This document shows positions 61,793 through 64,000 of a stretch of DNA of 64,000 nt, in pieces. Source of the DNA: Alkalispirochaeta sp. (GTDB taxonomy: Bacteria; Spirochaetota; Spirochaetia; DSM-27196; Alkalispirochaetaceae); the NCBI GenBank assembly GCA_965242725.1, contig CBDESZ010000026.1, positions 32,001-96,000 on the forward strand, given 5' to 3'. How positions within the stretch are numbered: the first letter of the stretch is position 1; each line of letters begins with the position of its first letter. The notes under the pieces are model-generated. The model had not been told where the DNA came from and searched no databases. It was given only the letters and a program-made list of their open reading frames with translations. Both the position numbers and the translations under genes were made by a program.

Positions 61793-63086
61793 TCTCTACA
61801 ATCGCCTGCGGGAGATTCGCTCCCGCAAGCCTGCCGCGGAGAAACGTCGCGTACACCTTCAGCCACCCGGCGGAGCGTGGACGCCTATCGCCGAGGGGGC
61901 GTACCGGCGGACGACGGAACATGAAATCGATATCGGCCGATGGGGAGACCGCTTCACCTCCGACGGCCGGTGGCAGACCCTCTCCCCCGTAACGGGTCAC
62001 GACGATCACCGGACACCGCTTTTTCTGGATATCGAAACCAATGGACTGTCCGGAGGGGCGGGGACGATTGCGTTTCTCATCGGCATCGCGTTTCCCATCG
62101 CGCCTGGTCGTCTGACCTTGGAGCAGTTCTTTCTTGGTGATCCGGCGGGCGAGCGGGCATTGATCGCCGCCCTTGTCGATGCGATTGCCGCCGTACCCCG
62201 GCCGCTCTATGTAACCTACAACGGAGGCAGCTTTGATCTCCCGGTGCTCAGAAGTCGCTGTGTGATAAACCGCACTCCCTTTCCGGAGGAAGCCCATTGG
62301 GATGTACTCCACACGATTCGGCGTCTCTATTCCGGTACGATCGGTAACTGTTCCCTCGGCAATGTGGAATCCGCCGTCCTGAAACGACCTCGTCTCGAAG
62401 ACGTTTCCGGACAGGAGGCGCCGGAACGCTATCAGCGATACCTCTCGACGGGACAGATTGATGAGGTGCGCCCGGTCTGGACACACCATGAGCGGGACAT
62501 CGTCCATCTCGCAGAGGTTGCGCTCCTGGCTAACGCAATACTATCCGGCGTCTGGGACGGGGAGGTGAGGGAGGACGGGACGTCGAGAGAGGGAACTCCC
62601 ATGATGCCCGATGGTATCGCCCTCGCAAAGACACTCATCCGGAGAGGGGGAGAAGCTGAGAGGCGACGGGCGGAGCGCATTGTTGAGAGGGTGTGCGTCG
62701 CAACGGAACGACAGCGTATGGCGCTTCGCGCCTTCGCCCGGTCCCGGCGATTCCCGATGCGTCCCGGCGCGGCGTGGATAGAAGCGCGTACCGTCGGCGC
62801 GCGTCTCTCCCGGGAGCGGGGAGACATGGAACAATATCGGGCGTTATTGGAGCAGCTCGCCGACGTCGCCGCCCGAAAGGTTGATGTCGAGGCGTACGCG
62901 AAGCTCCTGGAACACCACGACGGCAATTACATTCACGCCGCCGCGATCATCGAGGATTGGTGTCGTCGGAACGCATGGGATGAGGAACTGCGTCACAGGT
63001 TTCGTCGACTTCAGCGTCGATTATCCCGTCGTACAATCGTTCATACTGTTCAATGGAGCGGTACAGCCCGAAATCACGGGTCATAG
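61785..63086 (+). CDS. MrfB/YprB-like RNase H-fold exonuclease
   Basis: FLDIETNGL, TYNGGSFDLP, H..D; helical C-terminus; overlaps the helicase stop. Confidence 0.82.
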   Translation: MGDLYNRLREIRSRKPAAEKRRVHLQPPGGAWTPIAEGAYRRTTEHEIDIGRWGDRFTSDGRWQTLSPVTGHDDHRTPLFLDIETNGLSGGAGTIAFLIGIAFPIAPGRLTLEQFFLGDPAGERALIAALVDAIAAVPRPLYVTYNGGSFDLPVLRSRCVINRTPFPEEAHWDVLHTIRRLYSGTIGNCSLGNVESAVLKRPRLEDVSGQEAPERYQRYLSTGQIDEVRPVWTHHERDIVHLAEVALLANAILSGVWDGEVREDGTSREGTPMMPDGIALAKTLIRRGGEAERRRAERIVERVCVATERQRMALRAFARSRRFPMRPGAAWIEARTVGARLSRERGDMEQYRALLEQLADVAARKVDVEAYAKLLEHHDGNYIHAAAIIEDWCRRNAWDEELRHRFRRLQRRLSRRTIVHTVQWSGTARNHGS

Positions 63087-64000
63087 CGGTGTGCTGCATC
63101 CGTTTGAGTTCTTCCCGATCGGTGGTATAGACGGCAACGGCATGTGCGATTGCGTCAAATACGGCATCAGGATTGTGCGCCTCAATATGAAATCCCGTTG
63201 AAGAATCAACGGTATCGGCGAGACCTCCTGTGCGCGTTACGATGGGGATCGTTCCGTACCGCATTGAATACATCTGGTTGAGACCGCACGGTTCATACCG
63301 GCTGGGCATGAGAAAGAAATCGCTTCCCCCTTCAATCTGATGGGCGAGGGTGTCGCTGTACATGGCGAGTCCCGCAAAGTTTTCATACATGTGCGAGAGC
63401 TCCCTGACGCGATCTTCACACCACCGCTCTCCCGTTCCAAGGACGACCCACTGGACGGGAAGTTCGGTGAGTATACGCTCGGCCGCGCCGTACTGGGGAT
63501 CAAAGAGCTCTTCTATTCCCTTTTGACGGGTCAGACGGGTCACCATGCCGATCAGGGGTGTGCCGGACGAGACGGGAAGCTCCAGCTCATCCTGAAGTTG
63601 GGCCTTGCACACCCGTTTCCCCCCGCATGTCCTCTGCATTGAACCGTGCAGGCAGATATGGATCGGTGTCGGGGTTCCACACGGTCGTGTCGATCCCGTT
63701 GAGGATTCCCCGCAGATCGGGAGCGCGCATTTGCAGCGCCGTATGGAGGTTGTATCCGTAGCGGGCTGCTGTATTTCCCGGGCGTAGGTGGGACTCACCG
63801 CGACGATCCGGTCGCTGCTGTAAATGCCGCCCTTGAGGAGATTGAGAGATTCACCCTGAATCAGCCCGAAGCTCTCCGCCTCCGTTTCGGACATACCGAT
63901 CGTACTCAACCCCTCCGTTTTCGGGATCGTTCCCTGAAATGCGAGATTATGTATGGACAACACCGTGCCGGCGGCACCGATCGCCGTCTTTCGATAGAAG
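62947..64000 (-). CDS. glgA: glycogen synthase (5' partial; compensating frameshifts near 63765 and 63620)
   Basis: SIHNLAFQG, VSPTYA, MPSRYEPCGLNQM, TGGLADTV; GILNGID lies in an alternate frame. Confidence 0.9.
   Translation of the reverse strand, partial: FYRKTAIGAAGTVLSIHNLAFQGTIPKTEGLSTIGMSETEAESFGLIQGESLNLLKGGIYSSDRIVAVSPTYAREIQQPATDTTSIRRCKCALPICGESSTGSTRPCGTPTPIHICLHGSMQRTCGGKRVCKAQLQDELELPVSSGTPLIGMVTRLTRQKGIEELFDPQYGAAERILTELPVQWVVLGTGERWCEDRVRELSHMYENFAGLAMYSDTLAHQIEGGSDFFLMPSRYEPCGLNQMYSMRYGTIPIVTRTGGLADTVDSSTGFHIEAHNPDAVFDAIAHAVAVYTTDREELKRMQHTAMTRDFGLYRSIEQYERLYDGIIDAEVDETCDAVPHPMRSDDTNPR

Noticed and set aside
62947..63086. 140-bp convergent overlap of the exonuclease and glgA
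   Set aside because: Both tails look non-conserved and the region has indel errors, so it is not interpretable.

Overview
GC-rich bacterial chromosome segment, most likely a free-living spirochaete (Spirochaetales). This is inferred from secY running directly into rpmJ, no rpsD in the alpha operon, a Treponema/Spirochaeta-like RpoA N-terminus and an FAxGxxE-type signal on DctP. 1-10.1 kb is the S10-spc-alpha ribosomal protein cluster. 10.3-40.5 kb is housekeeping and metabolic genes, including valS and an SBP + LytS-type kinase + LytTR system with its direct-repeat site in front of a TRAP transporter. Three genes at 20.2-23.9 kb are broken by what look like long-read indel errors. 40.9-53.1 kb is an accessory island ending at tRNA-Asp, with four toxin-antitoxin modules and a complete IS21 element (5-bp target duplication). 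The island holds the two best candidates for undescribed biology. (1) A WYL regulator with an apparent regulon: a double-AAA ATPase and a PTP-fold phosphatase share the leaderless promoter layout CGACACTCnnnGTCGC-N11-TAnnnT-N7-ATG, resembling DriD/PafBC sites. (2) A SAM-I riboswitch controls an unannotated two-gene operon (51 aa + 203 aa) of unknown function, whose second gene is split by the IS. 53.5-64 kb holds a CoA-disulfide reductase-rhodanese, a methyltransferase, a Fur-family regulator, cheB, glgC, mrfAB-like DNA repair genes and partial glgA. All calls were made by eye; no database searches were run.
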